DNA of 64,000 nt from Bilabrum cf. latius. Lineage: Eukaryota. The stretch spans positions 1,054,001 through 1,118,000 of the forward strand of contig OZ237737.1 in the NCBI GenBank assembly GCA_965178125.1. The letters run 5' to 3'. Position numbers and translations under genes: made by a program. Below, piece after piece: positions 41,225 to 51,534 of the stretch (the stretch's first letter is position 1; the number at the start of each line of letters is the position of its first letter). The notes beneath the pieces were generated by a model. The model was not told the origin of the DNA. It saw only the letters and a list, made by a program, of their open reading frames with translations, and made no database searches.

Positions 41225-42319
41225 TTAATGATTTAATCCTTTCTGTTTGAATCCCATCTGCTTTATGCATAGGTAAAGATCCTCTGATATTACTTTACCC
41301 GCTTTTCTCGCCCGAAACAGTGCAGATTTGTATGGGGATTCCTTGATTGCAAGTGCAAACTCCTTCTAGGATTCAATATGCTTTACCTTGGCGTATTCTT
41401 GATTGATTGCATCCTTGAATTTTATATATATCTTTTCTTTTTCATCTAAAAATGGTTTGAGGTGAGGCAATACTGCCAGAACCTCATTAATCTCTCGATT
41501 AATTACAATTCGCCATAAAGCCTCATGATCCATTTGTTTCCCTGATCGCAAGTACGAGGATTTTACCCATGATTGGGTTTTAAACTTCTTGCGTTTGTAC
41601 TTTTTGCGGTTAGCATCCCACTGTGCAACCACAAACCCCTCTTGATCTGGTTTCAAGGTTTGCAAGAGTACCATCACATCGTATCGCGATTTACACATGT
41701 ATCTTTCCCCCTAAAACGCACCTTTTACCTCTGTTCCATCATTATTGCATATTCCTAGCACGGTGGCAAACTACTTAGGATAATACTCCACTATCCGGTT
41801 GAACGGAGTACATAATTCGTAGATGTATGTTTGCCCTGCACTGGGTTTGAAGATTGCTGGATCGATTTTCTTTTCGGAAGCATCAAACAATTGCCTCCAG
41901 CTGTTATCGTAAATCTAACTTACATTACCCTCGGCAAAACTTCCTCTAGTATTGATCATCAGTTGATCTTTGTGGGTATACGCTAAAATCAAACTCCCAT
42001 CGTACTTAAGCTGCACCTCAAACTCCTCATCCCAATCAATATCATCGATCCCATCCAAATAATCTGGTTTCTCGAAATCATTGAAAAAACGATCAAACGA
42101 TTTTGCTAATACACTATACTATTTGGGTGTACCTGATATCACTAATCCTCTGCAATAATGGCTGATCCAATTTCTTGGAGTGCCCAATTCTTTCTCGTTG
42201 TAGTTGAGAATATACACCTATTCTTCCTGATTTTCCTTTAGTTTTAATTGGTGTTGCTCCGCAAATTCCTAGATATCCTTGCAACTGTTTAATAAACTTA
42301 TCATTTCATCCAATCTCAT
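41225..42319 (-). CDS. T4 Rnl1-type RNA ligase (364 aa)
   Basis: With TAG read-through: CRGLVI, KSFDRFFN, motif I KYDGSLI, INTRGSF, YELCTPFNRIV, EGFVV, KFK; TAA stop. Confidence 0.88.
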
Positions 42320-42486
42320 TTATATATATATATATTATGGCATCATTTTTATATCTATGGAAAATGAAAAATATTATTCGATTTTAAAATGAAATCAATT
42401 AAAGAAATATCTCAATATACTTTGTGCGATGAATCTTAAAAGCGTTTCCTCCTTGTCATTCGAAATTTGAATTAGTTTTTATCGTA

Positions 42487-42560
42487 CACTGTACTTAATG
42501 GTTAAACATTCCCTTCAGATTGAGCGAATGTTTCGGGTTCGATTCCTGGCAAGTACAGTG
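42487..42560 (+). ncRNA. Atypical tRNA-like element
   Basis: 10-bp closing stem CACTGTACTT/AAGTACAGTG, AATGGTT D-loop-like sequence without a D stem, 8-bp central stem, T-arm CGGG-TTCGATT-CCTG. Confidence 0.5.
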
Positions 42561-42677
42561 AAATTCTCAAATGAACAATTGCACGATACCAAGGTAGTTG
42601 TGTAGTTTGGGATACCTCGGGTAGACTGTTAATTATATGTTATGTATCGTAGCATGTGTTGATGGAGCTATTGGGGT

Positions 42678-42748
42678 GGGATTATGTTGTAATGGTAACA
42701 TTTATGCCTTGGGCGCATAAGATTTGGGTTCGATTCCCAATAATCCCC
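42678..42748 (+). tRNA. tRNA-Pro(TGG)
   Basis: Acceptor GGGATTA/TAATCCC; anticodon arm TATGC-CTTGGGC-GCATA; T arm TTGGG-TTCGATT-CCCAA. Confidence 0.88.
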
Positions 42749-42750
42749 TC

Positions 42751-42832
42751 GAATCTGTAGTTTAAACGCTCTTTTGTGGAAGAGAGATGCAGGTTTAAAT
42801 CCCGCCAGATCCCGCCAGATCCTGTCAGATTC
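42751..42832 (+). pseudogene. Degenerate tRNA-His(GTG)-like sequence with tandemly repeated 3' end
   Basis: GAATCTG...CAGAT(C/T)C stem; TTGTGGA loop in a CTCT/AGAG stem; D loop missing; ATCCCGCCAG-like unit three times. Confidence 0.5.
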
Positions 42833-42900
42833 TATGTTTATTATATTCACTACTGTTAAAGAAAGTAACCACAATGCTTTTGATAGCAGTAAAAGCTTAA

Positions 42901-42970
42901 CACGATATGGTGTAGTGATAGCATTCTCGCATCTAGTGGAGAGGCGTTGGTTTGATTCCAGCTATCGTGT
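42901..42970 (+). tRNA. tRNA-like gene with CTA at the anticodon position (imperfect)
   Basis: Acceptor CACGATA/TATCGTG; D arm GTGT-AGTGATA-GCAT; loop AT-CTA-GT (42931-42937) in a TCTC(G)C/GGAGA stem with one bulge; T arm GTTGG-TTTGATT-CCAGC. Confidence 0.6.
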
Positions 42971-42993
42971 TAAATGTGGGTAAAGTGAACATA

Positions 42994-43064
42994 TGGATTA
43001 TGTTGTAACGGTAGCATACTAGCCTCATAAGCTAGAGATTCAGGTTCGATTCCTGATAATCCAC
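42994..43064 (+). tRNA. tRNA-Met(CAT)
   Basis: Acceptor TGGATTA/TAATCCA; anticodon arm CTAGC-CTCATAA-GCTAG; T arm TCAGG-TTCGATT-CCTGA. Confidence 0.9.
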
Positions 43065-43178
43065 ATCCAAAGAAAACTAACAGCAACCACATTCCACGAC
43101 TTTTAATCTCGGTTCAATGTTTTCTGCAAAAACATCATTTGTTTCTGGGTTTCTTATTGTAAGAAACTCAAACTCAAA

Positions 43179-43775
43179 TTAACTAGCATTTTGTGTATTT
43201 CTTCTCACGAACACTGGTTTAATTTTACCTTTAACACCATTTTTGTACCATATTTGTGTTCCATAAGAATTAATAACTGCTGGACCATTTTCTCTGTGAA
43301 GTTTGCCATTTATGAACCATTTTTTAGATACATTACCTTGATGATTTATAGTTTCTGCTGGTAGATCACCGTCTCTGTGACGTTTACCATTTTTGTACCA
43401 TGTTTTAGTTGTACGATGCAGTAGTATCCATTTTTCAATAACTGCTGGACCATTTTCTCTGTGAAGTTTGCCATACTTATGCCACATCGTTGTGTCACGC
43501 CATATCGTGTTATTCCACCTAATTGATGGCAAATCATCAATTGAATGTAACTTCCCCCTTAATATAAATATATAATTTGAACCCCAATGCAATCTTACAG
43601 ATTGGCTATCAGTTCTTAGAATTGGTTGAGTTGCTGAATTAACTTGTCTACAAACTGGACACTTGGTTGTATCCAAAGAATTATGGCACTCATTACAAAA
43701 CGTGCCATCTTTACAACATCCATTATGAACATATTTCCAATCATTTATATCCTATAAACAAATACAACATTGCAT
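43179..43775 (-). CDS. RING-like zinc finger fused to MORN-like (WYKNGKLHRENGPA) repeats, 198 aa
   Basis: MQCCICL*DI...HNGCC...FCNECH...KCPVCR upstream of the listed ORF; repeated KLHRENGPAVI; TAA stop. Confidence 0.78.
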
Positions 43776-43802
43776 TTTAATTAATGTTTGTATTTTTTTT
43801 AA

Positions 43803-44657
43803 TCAAATCCATTCATCTCTTTCATCTCTGGTAAAACACCAATCTACCACTCTATCAGGATGCCATGCTCGTGCCACTAATTCCTATTTAAGCTTTTTAA
43901 TGTGTTGTTGAGTTACATGCATACGTGAAAAATAATACCACATTAATGATCCATAATATATACAAGATGGTGGATACTTTTCACTCCATGAATGAAAATA
44001 TTGGAGCGAATCGCACCCTTCAAACATCCTTGATGGTCTATAAATTATCAACTTATGACAATCACACTCATCATTAGTCAAATAAGCTTCAACCACAAAT
44101 TCTTCACAAATATCTTCATCAGCAACAGGATTATGATCAACAACAACCTACACAGTATCATATTCCCCATTCTAATTATACTCATTATCCCTTTTCTCCA
44201 AGCACCTTGAGTACTTAATATCATTAATTTCTATATTATCCAGTTTCCATTTAGATAGATCCCGATTGAACTTTTTGCAACCACTGAACATTCCATTAAC
44301 ACATTTTACCTTGGATACATCCCAATAAGAAATATCATCGTTGAATTTCTTACAACCAATAAACATCTCATACATATTTGTTACGTTCGATGTATCCCAA
44401 GTTGGAAGGCATAATTCCTTTCTGGGATATCTTACTGAATCTCGATAGAAACCAAACAAGTTCCCCATATCCTTGATAAACGTAGTTACTGGAATCTCAT
44501 CGAAATGCCATTCTATTCGCTCTTTGAGTTCTTTCTTACTCAAAACAACCCAGTACTCTTTTCCATCTAATTCATGCCATTGATTATCAACGTAGTATTC
44601 CTTGGGTTGGGTTGCTTTTACTGTTACTCCATTTTCTAATAGTTTTAACGCTTCCAT
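43803..44657 (-). CDS. DUF285/BspA-like repeat protein (284 aa)
   Basis: WDTSNVTNMYEMF...FNDDISYWDVSKV...FNRDLSKW; reads through TAGs to ELVARAWHPDRVVDWC; TGA stop. Confidence 0.78.
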
Positions 44658-44682
44658 TTAATATAGTATAACATTTTATTCT

Positions 44683-45066
44683 TAAATCATTTTTTTAAAA
44701 AAATGATTATAATCAATTTGCTTGGTTTTAGATCAGAAGCCTGATCATTATTTCTATTTCGTAAAAACGCTCATTTTAATGTTCTTCGGATTTCGTACGG
44801 AAATTCCCTACGATGATCAAGTAAAAAAAATGAGCGTTTTTGAGGGTGGGTTTGATTTGTAGAAAACGTTATTTTCACCATTTTTGAAAATCAAAAATGT
44901 GTGGAAATCGTTTTTTTTTATATATATAGTTAAAAAATGTTCTTAATGTTCTACCCTATATAAAACAAATAAAATCCGTATCAAAGTAAGGAACATTAAA
45001 ATGTTCTCAAATGTTCAAAAATGTTCGATCCCTCTGAACTAAATCAAATATTATTTGATTTTTTAA
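44683..45066. repeat. ~380-bp non-coding direct repeat, copy 1
   Basis: Colinear with 47680-48064; shared blocks include GAAATTCCCTACGATGATCAAGTAAAAAAAATGAGCGTTTTTGAGGGTGGGTTTGATTTGTA and AATGTTCGATCCCTCTGAACTAAA. Confidence 0.92.
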
Positions 45067-47654
45067 ATCAAACAGATATCCTTTGGAAGCTTAGAATATA
45101 CTCTTTGAACTTTTACTTGAATCTTAGGTTTAACCATAACAGTAACAGGCTCTGATTGCTTGGATTCCTCCCTATCATCATATTTAGGTTCGGGTACTTC
45201 ATATTCATTTTCAGGGGCATCAGGAAAATACCAAACAGGATCTTTCAGCACCTACCTGATCAATTCAAGGTTGCCCTCGGGTGTAATTAAGAACCCCCTA
45301 GTTCGTGTTTTTCCAATCTAGCAAACCTTAAAGAAATCATTGCTCCATTTCTTGAATTGTTTACTAAACGATCTGGTAGATTTTATGCTATCCCGTTCAT
45401 TTACATGATTGTATAACAGCATTAATTCTTGAGCCGTAAATCGATCTTCTCCATCAGCTCTTTGATTTTCTAATTCAATCAGCGTTTTAATGAATGGATC
45501 ATAGCTCAAGGATGCCATATCACGCTTTAAATCAGTCATTGGAATATTTCTTAGGTTTACTGTTGAAAGATCACGGGATAACAGGTAATACCAAAAATGT
45601 TTGCCTGATTCAGGAGTTAAAAACTTAAACAGATTAGTGAAATAATCAACATCGTTACATCGTTTGTTATCTGCATCTAAACAAAAGTACCTGCGATCAC
45701 TACTGGAAATCTTGGCGACCCATTTCCAATACTGTGATGTGAGCATAAAATTATTAAAACAGCTCATTTGAATTGGATCTACTCCTTTGGTTTCAATCCG
45801 CTGCGTTTTGCGAGTAATCATATCCTTTAAGGAATCTGCATTTCGGTAAGCACCACCCTGTGATCCAATCTCATTGCAAACTGTAAAGATGGTTTTCATT
45901 CCGTCCATGTTAAACTATCTGGTTAAATCATTAATGTTACTCACATCACGAATGTACTAATTGCCAAACACATGTTCTTTCAAAAACTCCATGATTGAAT
46001 TCTTACCTGCACCCTCTCTGATTGAAACCAAAACAACAGCCACCAAGGATTTTTTCCATGGTGTTTGAGCAATCGATGCCATCCAATCAAGAATATACTT
46101 GTAACACATCTAATCACCACCACACCAAATATCGTGCAAGTGATCTAGAATCGGCTGGATTTTGGTTTGATCCATCTTGAAGTTATCAGGTGGTGTTACT
46201 GAATGCATGAATCCCTTAAACATGTTGAATTTGTTTTCTACCATGTGGTTAGGTGGCGGATTGATAGTGTATGGTACAAACGTAGTTTTCGTGTAGGTTT
46301 TGATAGAGGCTGATTTTAACCAGCATTCGGTAATCCAAGGTTGGTTTTTATTGCCATGCCGTAAGTTCTCAAAACTAACTAACAGATTTTGGCGATTGAT
46401 AGTTACAGCATCTCCTGATTCTGGAAAAACACGTACAAACATCGCAGGATTTTCTATCTTTACACAAAAGTTCTCGAAATACTACTATCGTAACTTGTTT
46501 AATTTACTGTAATCCATGATGCTATGTAGTTTTATCGGAACACGTTCTGTATCCATCGAATTATGAAAGAACGGATCAAAAGGATTGTTACTTTCAATAT
46601 GCTTAATTACCTGCTGTTCTTTTTCATCCAAGTAATCCTAAACCTCTTTGGGTACAGGTGCTTCTTGATCGGATTCTAAAATAGCATCCACTTGATAGTT
46701 TTCCATTCGTTTTGTTTCCAGTTTTACTCGGAAACCTGTCTTTTCATAGATGAACTGTTCGATAGCTGGAATCCATGTGTTTACCGTTTTGCTCTAAACA
46801 TCACGCAAAAACACGCCATCGTACTAATAATCAGCCACCTTGCACTTAAACTTACCATTCAGAATGAAAGCAATATGCTCGGTTATCTACCGTTCAATGT
46901 GCTGAAAGAAACTTGAAAGTTTGCCTACATCGGCTCTATCAGTATTTTCTTTACCGGGATTACAAGGTAACAACTCCCAATCAGAACCCATTATTTGTTT
47001 TACATGCTGCATGATTTCAGCAAACTCCCGTTTGGCTTTAACAAATAAATCGTAGTTTTGTTTGCATCTGTGAGTGAGCTCTTGAAGATCCTCGATTCCA
47101 ATTTGTTTTGCAGTACCCTAAATGCTACCATCGTATAAACAAGCAAATCCTAGTTTCTTGATGCTATCCTTGGGTAATTTGTGATCCTCTAAGAATTCGG
47201 CAAATATGCGCTTGCGTTCATTGTTTAGCCTCTTAATGGCAACTGAAGGTTTGTTAGTTAAAACCGGGTACAACTGTTCAGCAATAACAGGGTGGCAGTT
47301 ACAAACATCAAGATCAATGTAATTATCTCGGCATAAGAAATGCCTAATCGGTCGTGTAATATTTACAAACCCATCATCACTGTAAAACCGCCCGAATCCT
47401 CTAGTGCATGTAAAATCCACCTTTCGATTGATGGTTGCTTTTTTTGATCGCCCGATATGCCGTTTCAAGATATTCTGGGTTTTGGTAATTTCGGCTCGAA
47501 TATCTACCAGATCTGATCCTGCCATTAAAGAAAACAAAATACGGTTGAGATGCTTTTCCACCATTTTGGAGCGCTTTACATCCACTACAATTTTTGTTTG
47601 TACTGTTGATCCCACAGGTAGAGGTTTTACTAAATCGGTTATCGAAATTTGCAT
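45063..47654 (-). CDS. TVpol (PolA-related primase-polymerase) fused to superfamily 3 helicase, 863 aa
   Basis: Four listed ORFs in one frame. GFGRFYS, YIDLDVCNCHP, FQHIER, YDG; Walker A EGAGKNS, VCNEI, DRRYF; TAA stop. Confidence 0.85.
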
Positions 47655-47679
47655 TATATTATATTCCACTAAATTTTTT

Positions 47680-48064
47680 TAAATCAGTTTTTTAAAAAGT
47701 TGATTATAATCAAATTAACTTGTGTTTAGATCGGAAGCCTGATCATTGCAATTAACTCTAAAAACGCTCATTTTAACGTTCCTCGGATTTCGTACAGAAA
47801 TTCCCTACGATGATCAAGTAAAAAAAATGAGCGTTTTTGAGGGTGGGTTTGATTTGTAAAAAACCTTATTTTCACCATTTTTTAATTTCAAAAATGTGTG
47901 AAAAACGTTTTTTTTTATATTTATATTTTTTTAATGTTCAAAACGTTCTACCCCTATAAAAACAAATAAAATCCGAATTAAAGTAAGGAACATTTTAATG
48001 TTCATAAATGTTCATAAATGTTCGATCCCTCTGAACTAAACCAAATATTATTTGGTTTACTTAA
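47680..48064. repeat. ~380-bp non-coding direct repeat, copy 2
   Basis: Diverged copy of 44683-45066. Confidence 0.92.
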
Positions 48065-48344
48065 TGAACTAAGAATGTAGAGCGAAAAGATATTTTTGCT
48101 GTTTAGGAGAGAGGCGTTTGGATTGGGATATGCCCTAGATAAATTTACAATAGTGATCAGGTAGAGAATCCAGGAGTAGTAAATCTTGGATGCATTGTTT
48201 TTGCCTTGAGAGTAGGATAGCAGTTTTAGGATTGGGTAGCCATTTTAGCCATTTGCCACAATGGGAACATACTTGTTTTCCATAATGAACACTGTTTTCA
48301 AGAACGATTGAGGTTTGAGAGGTGTGAGTGCATTTATTTACCAT
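48057..48344 (-). CDS. Small zinc-ribbon-like protein (95 aa)
   Basis: CTH...HYGKQVCSHCGKWLKWLP; extends over two TAGs to TAA. Confidence 0.7.
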
Positions 48345-48419
48345 ATAGTATAGAGTTAGGAAAGTTCTTAAACTATTTTTTAAAAAAATGAATTAAAAAA
48401 TATAGGATATATTATAGAA

Positions 48420-48707
48420 ATGAGTAAACATAATGTAAAGTTAAAGGTGATAGAACTAGATAAAAGTTAGCATGTGTATTAGGTTAGAAACTGCAATACG
48501 GTACTAAAGCTGTTGGCAGAAATGCATTCGGATTTGTTTAAATTGCATCCAATCAGTAGGTTAACAGTTAACCTAATCAAGAAAGGAACTTATAAGGTTA
48601 AGAATGCTGAAGAAGGTGTATCAAAGCACTACAAGGTGGAGGAGGTACCAGTAGATTGGCTACCCATGAGGAAACCATGGGAATGGCTGAAAGTTGATTC
48701 AAATTGA
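48420..48707 (+). CDS. Hypothetical protein (95 aa)
   Basis: ATG 48420 after an AAAAATGA motif; two in-frame TAGs; TGA stop. Confidence 0.6.
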
Positions 48708-48708
48708 G

Positions 48709-48785
48709 TTTTCTCTGGGTGAGTATCTAGCCAGAGATTATTTTGCATTTAATCCGTATCAATTTAGTACGGGATTAAAGGTAAA
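48709..48785. repeat. 77-bp hairpin-containing repeat (other copy 49217-49293; inverted core at ~62601-62646), candidate transcript 3'-end signal
   Basis: Core TTTAATCCGTATCAATTTAGTACGGGATTAAA; each copy lies just downstream of a stop codon. Confidence 0.8.
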
Positions 48786-48843
48786 TGGGAATGGAAATGG
48801 GAATGGAATAATATGATTTGAAATTATCTATGGTAAAATATAA

Positions 48844-49191
48844 ATGAACAATAGCGATAGTAGTAAAGGAATTGAAAGCATTCGAATGGAACAAATCTAG
48901 GATTTGTTTGTTGAAATAGCACGAAATGGGAAAAAGGTGCAGCACGAGGCTGGAAATACTGTTTATGAAACAGTGTACTCATCTCCGTTGAACCAACAGC
49001 ATATTGATAATGATATCTGGATTGCAAAGCGACAAACTCACAAATCGGGTGCTTTTAGCATTCGCATTCGATTGGTGGAAAATCTAATTGTGTTGGGAGT
49101 TAGGGGTCATTTGCAGAAACCGCATTTAGATCACGTAGATGTTTACAAACTGATCGGGGGCGGTATAAAACCAAACATTGGTTTAATTTAA
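48844..49191 (+). CDS. Hypothetical protein (115 aa)
   Basis: ATG 48844 is in frame with listed ORF 48904 across one TAG; TAA stop. Confidence 0.6.
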
Positions 49192-49301
49192 TATTCATGT
49201 ATTTTAAAAACAGGATTTTTCTCTGTGTGAGTATCTAGACAGAGAATATTTTGCATTTAATCCGTATCAATTTAGTACGGGATTAAAGGTAAAAATAGAA
49301 A

Positions 49302-49721
49302 TTAATTTAGAAAATCGGCAACATTTTGATCGTATTGGAGTTGCTTTTGTAACTTTTTGGATTCTTCTCGAATCTTATCCAGCCTTTGGTATTCCTCGGG
49401 TGCACTCGATCGAAGCAAATCAGATTGCGCTTTGATTTCCTGTTGTAGTTGTTCTAGGTTGTGTTTTTGCTATTTGAGGTTAGTTCGAAGTTCCCTAATC
49501 TGCTCATGAATTTCAGGGCACTATTTGCGTACCTTGCGTAGCAACCGACGGGCTTCTAGTTTGAGGTTCTTGATTTCCTGCTGGTTCTGCTCGAACGATT
49601 CGGTGTACTACTGGTGCAGTTCCTGAACGGTATTCGAGGTTTCGGGGTGAATCAAGGCGATTGGGTTGTGGCTAGGAGCGGGTTCTCTTTTCTTTATTAC
49701 TACTTTGAGTGGTTTTGGCAT
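49302..49721 (-). CDS. Coiled-coil hypothetical protein (139 aa), missed by the ORF track
   Basis: MPKPLKVVIKKREPAP...; three in-frame TAGs in a Q/E/L/K-rich frame; TAA stop. Confidence 0.7.
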
Positions 49722-49772
49722 ATTTGCTATAATCCTGGTGGAGAAAATAATTATTCTTAAAGGCTTAAAGGC

Positions 49773-50393
49773 TTAAGGTCTGTAGTTCAAGCCATAGTGA
49801 GCAATGATGATATTTGCTAGATCTTGCAGTGAATCGTAGACCGAACATGGATCATCAGTGCGATAAAATAAATCTCTAAACTGGGCATGTGATCGGTTGG
49901 CAACAGTTTGCTCCTCAGGGCTTAATTTTTGGATAAGTTGCTGGTGAAATTGTTCGCTCGGCATAGCAACACCAATCGAGGTGGGTTTGAAGATGGAGGC
50001 AACTACAGAAGCATCACTGGTAACAAAAATAGCACGGTGATTGCGATCCTTTAACCAAGTTGCTTTAATTTCATCAATGGCACTCTAAACGTATTTATAC
50101 CTGAGTAACTCGGAAGCGTTGTTATCGCAGTGCTCAGCTAACTTAAGTTTAACTACATCTTCGGCAGATGCTCGGGCTAATACAACTTCATCTAAATCAT
50201 ATAAACGAACATTGGGGTTGCTACTGGTTAAGCGTTTGCATATAGTGCTTTTAAGTGCTTTCTAAGGAAGAAGAAGCACTAACTTTCGGCGTTGTGAGCG
50301 GGGCTTCTAGAGCCAATCTAAGATCATGCAACCTGCTTTGTAAATCCATGGGGCAACAGATGCCCCTATAATTACGGTGTTGGGTTCTACCAT
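49773..50393 (-). CDS. Hypothetical protein (206 aa), possibly a degenerate P-loop kinase fold
   Basis: MVEPNTVII...LVLLLP*KALKSTICKRL...LYDLDE; joins listed ORF 49773-49964; TAA stop. Confidence 0.6.
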
Positions 50394-50440
50394 ATAGGAT
50401 TAAGAATTAAATTATTTTTTTGTAGTTTAAGTTATAAGCT

Positions 50441-51091
50441 ATGTCAGCTAGTACTTTTAACGAACCAAACGATGAACAAATCTACGTAAACAAACTACTT
50501 TGCACTGAAACATCAGGCTCTACTTCAGGGGCTTCGTTTTCAGCTAAAGGAGGGAGTTTTATAGTTAACTCAGAGAATGTGGCATCCGATGTAACCACTC
50601 AACTTCTTGCAGTAAGTTCAACAGGTAATATGGAATTAGGTGGAAATGTGGTTGCAAGAGGCATCGAGGGCGATTCAAGTTTCAGTGAGGGTAACTTCGG
50701 TATCACAGGATGGGGCGATCAAGGCACAGGATAGATGTACTTTAGCCCGGGCGAGGTAAGATTTGGAGCCAATTCAGCCGGTGCAGGTGTTCGCATTACA
50801 GGTGGATCTGGATCTGGTAACATCATAGTTTAGGGCGATGTAACTGCAAACAACGTACCTGCACTAAGAGGATAGGAAACCTGGAGCGGAGGTGGTCAAA
50901 CACTAGTTGTGGCTGCAGCAGGCTGCACATCTGATCATCACGTGCATCTAACACCCACAAGTGTACCCACAGGCGGAGTTGATTTTACCCACGTAACTGC
51001 GGGTGATGGTGAATTTACAGTGCATCTTACAGGCGCACATGGAGGCAACGATTTCCAGTTTAACTGGATGATGTACCAAGGAACAGATTAA
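50441..51091 (+). CDS. Gly/Ser/Thr-rich probable virion fibre/spike protein (216 aa)
   Basis: Two listed ORFs in one frame over three TAGs; beta-rich composition; TAA stop. Function is inferred. Confidence 0.6.
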
Positions 51092-51127
51092 CTTAATTAA
51101 ATTTATTGTTTTTTAATTTCACTAAAT

Positions 51128-51502
51128 TTAATCATCGCCGTGTTTCCAATATCCTTTTGGGTATTCGAGCAGTAATTCTTCACCAGCTTGGATATCACGA
51201 GTAGGAACTAGCCATCTGTTTTTGAGAATAACATTTGCTTTCATTCCTTTGGATTTACCAAAGCCCACAGAGTTAACAAAATTGATTAGATTGGGTGTTT
51301 CTCTGCTGCAAATCCATGTGCTTTGAAATGGGCGCCGATAGGTAAAACGGTAGTTGCCGTATTTGAGCATGATATCTTTGGGTTTCATGGGTATGCCGTA
51401 AAAATAGGCTAATTTAGTGCCTTTGGGAATTTTGCCTCGAGCAAACACGCCATGTCCATGGATTTGAGATGGTTTAATTTCAATATATTCATAATTGTGC
51501 AT
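51128..51502 (-). CDS. Stand-alone SET-domain protein lysine methyltransferase (124 aa)
   Basis: SQIHGHGVFA...IPKG, NFVNS, TRDIQAGEELLLEY. Confidence 0.88.
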   Translation of the reverse strand: MHNYEYIEIKPSQIHGHGVFARGKIPKGTKLAYFYGIPMKPKDIMLKYGNYRFTYRRPFQSTWICSRETPNLINFVNSVGFGKSKGMKANVILKNRWLVPTRDIQAGEELLLEYPKGYWKHGDD

Positions 51503-51534
51503 ACTTTGTTATAACTTAAGTATGGATAATTATT

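Noticed and set aside
42506-42530. TCA anticodon (Sec/opal suppressor) in the first tRNA-like unit
   Set aside because: CTTCAGA is not centred in a paired 7-nt loop, and TGA behaves as a stop throughout.
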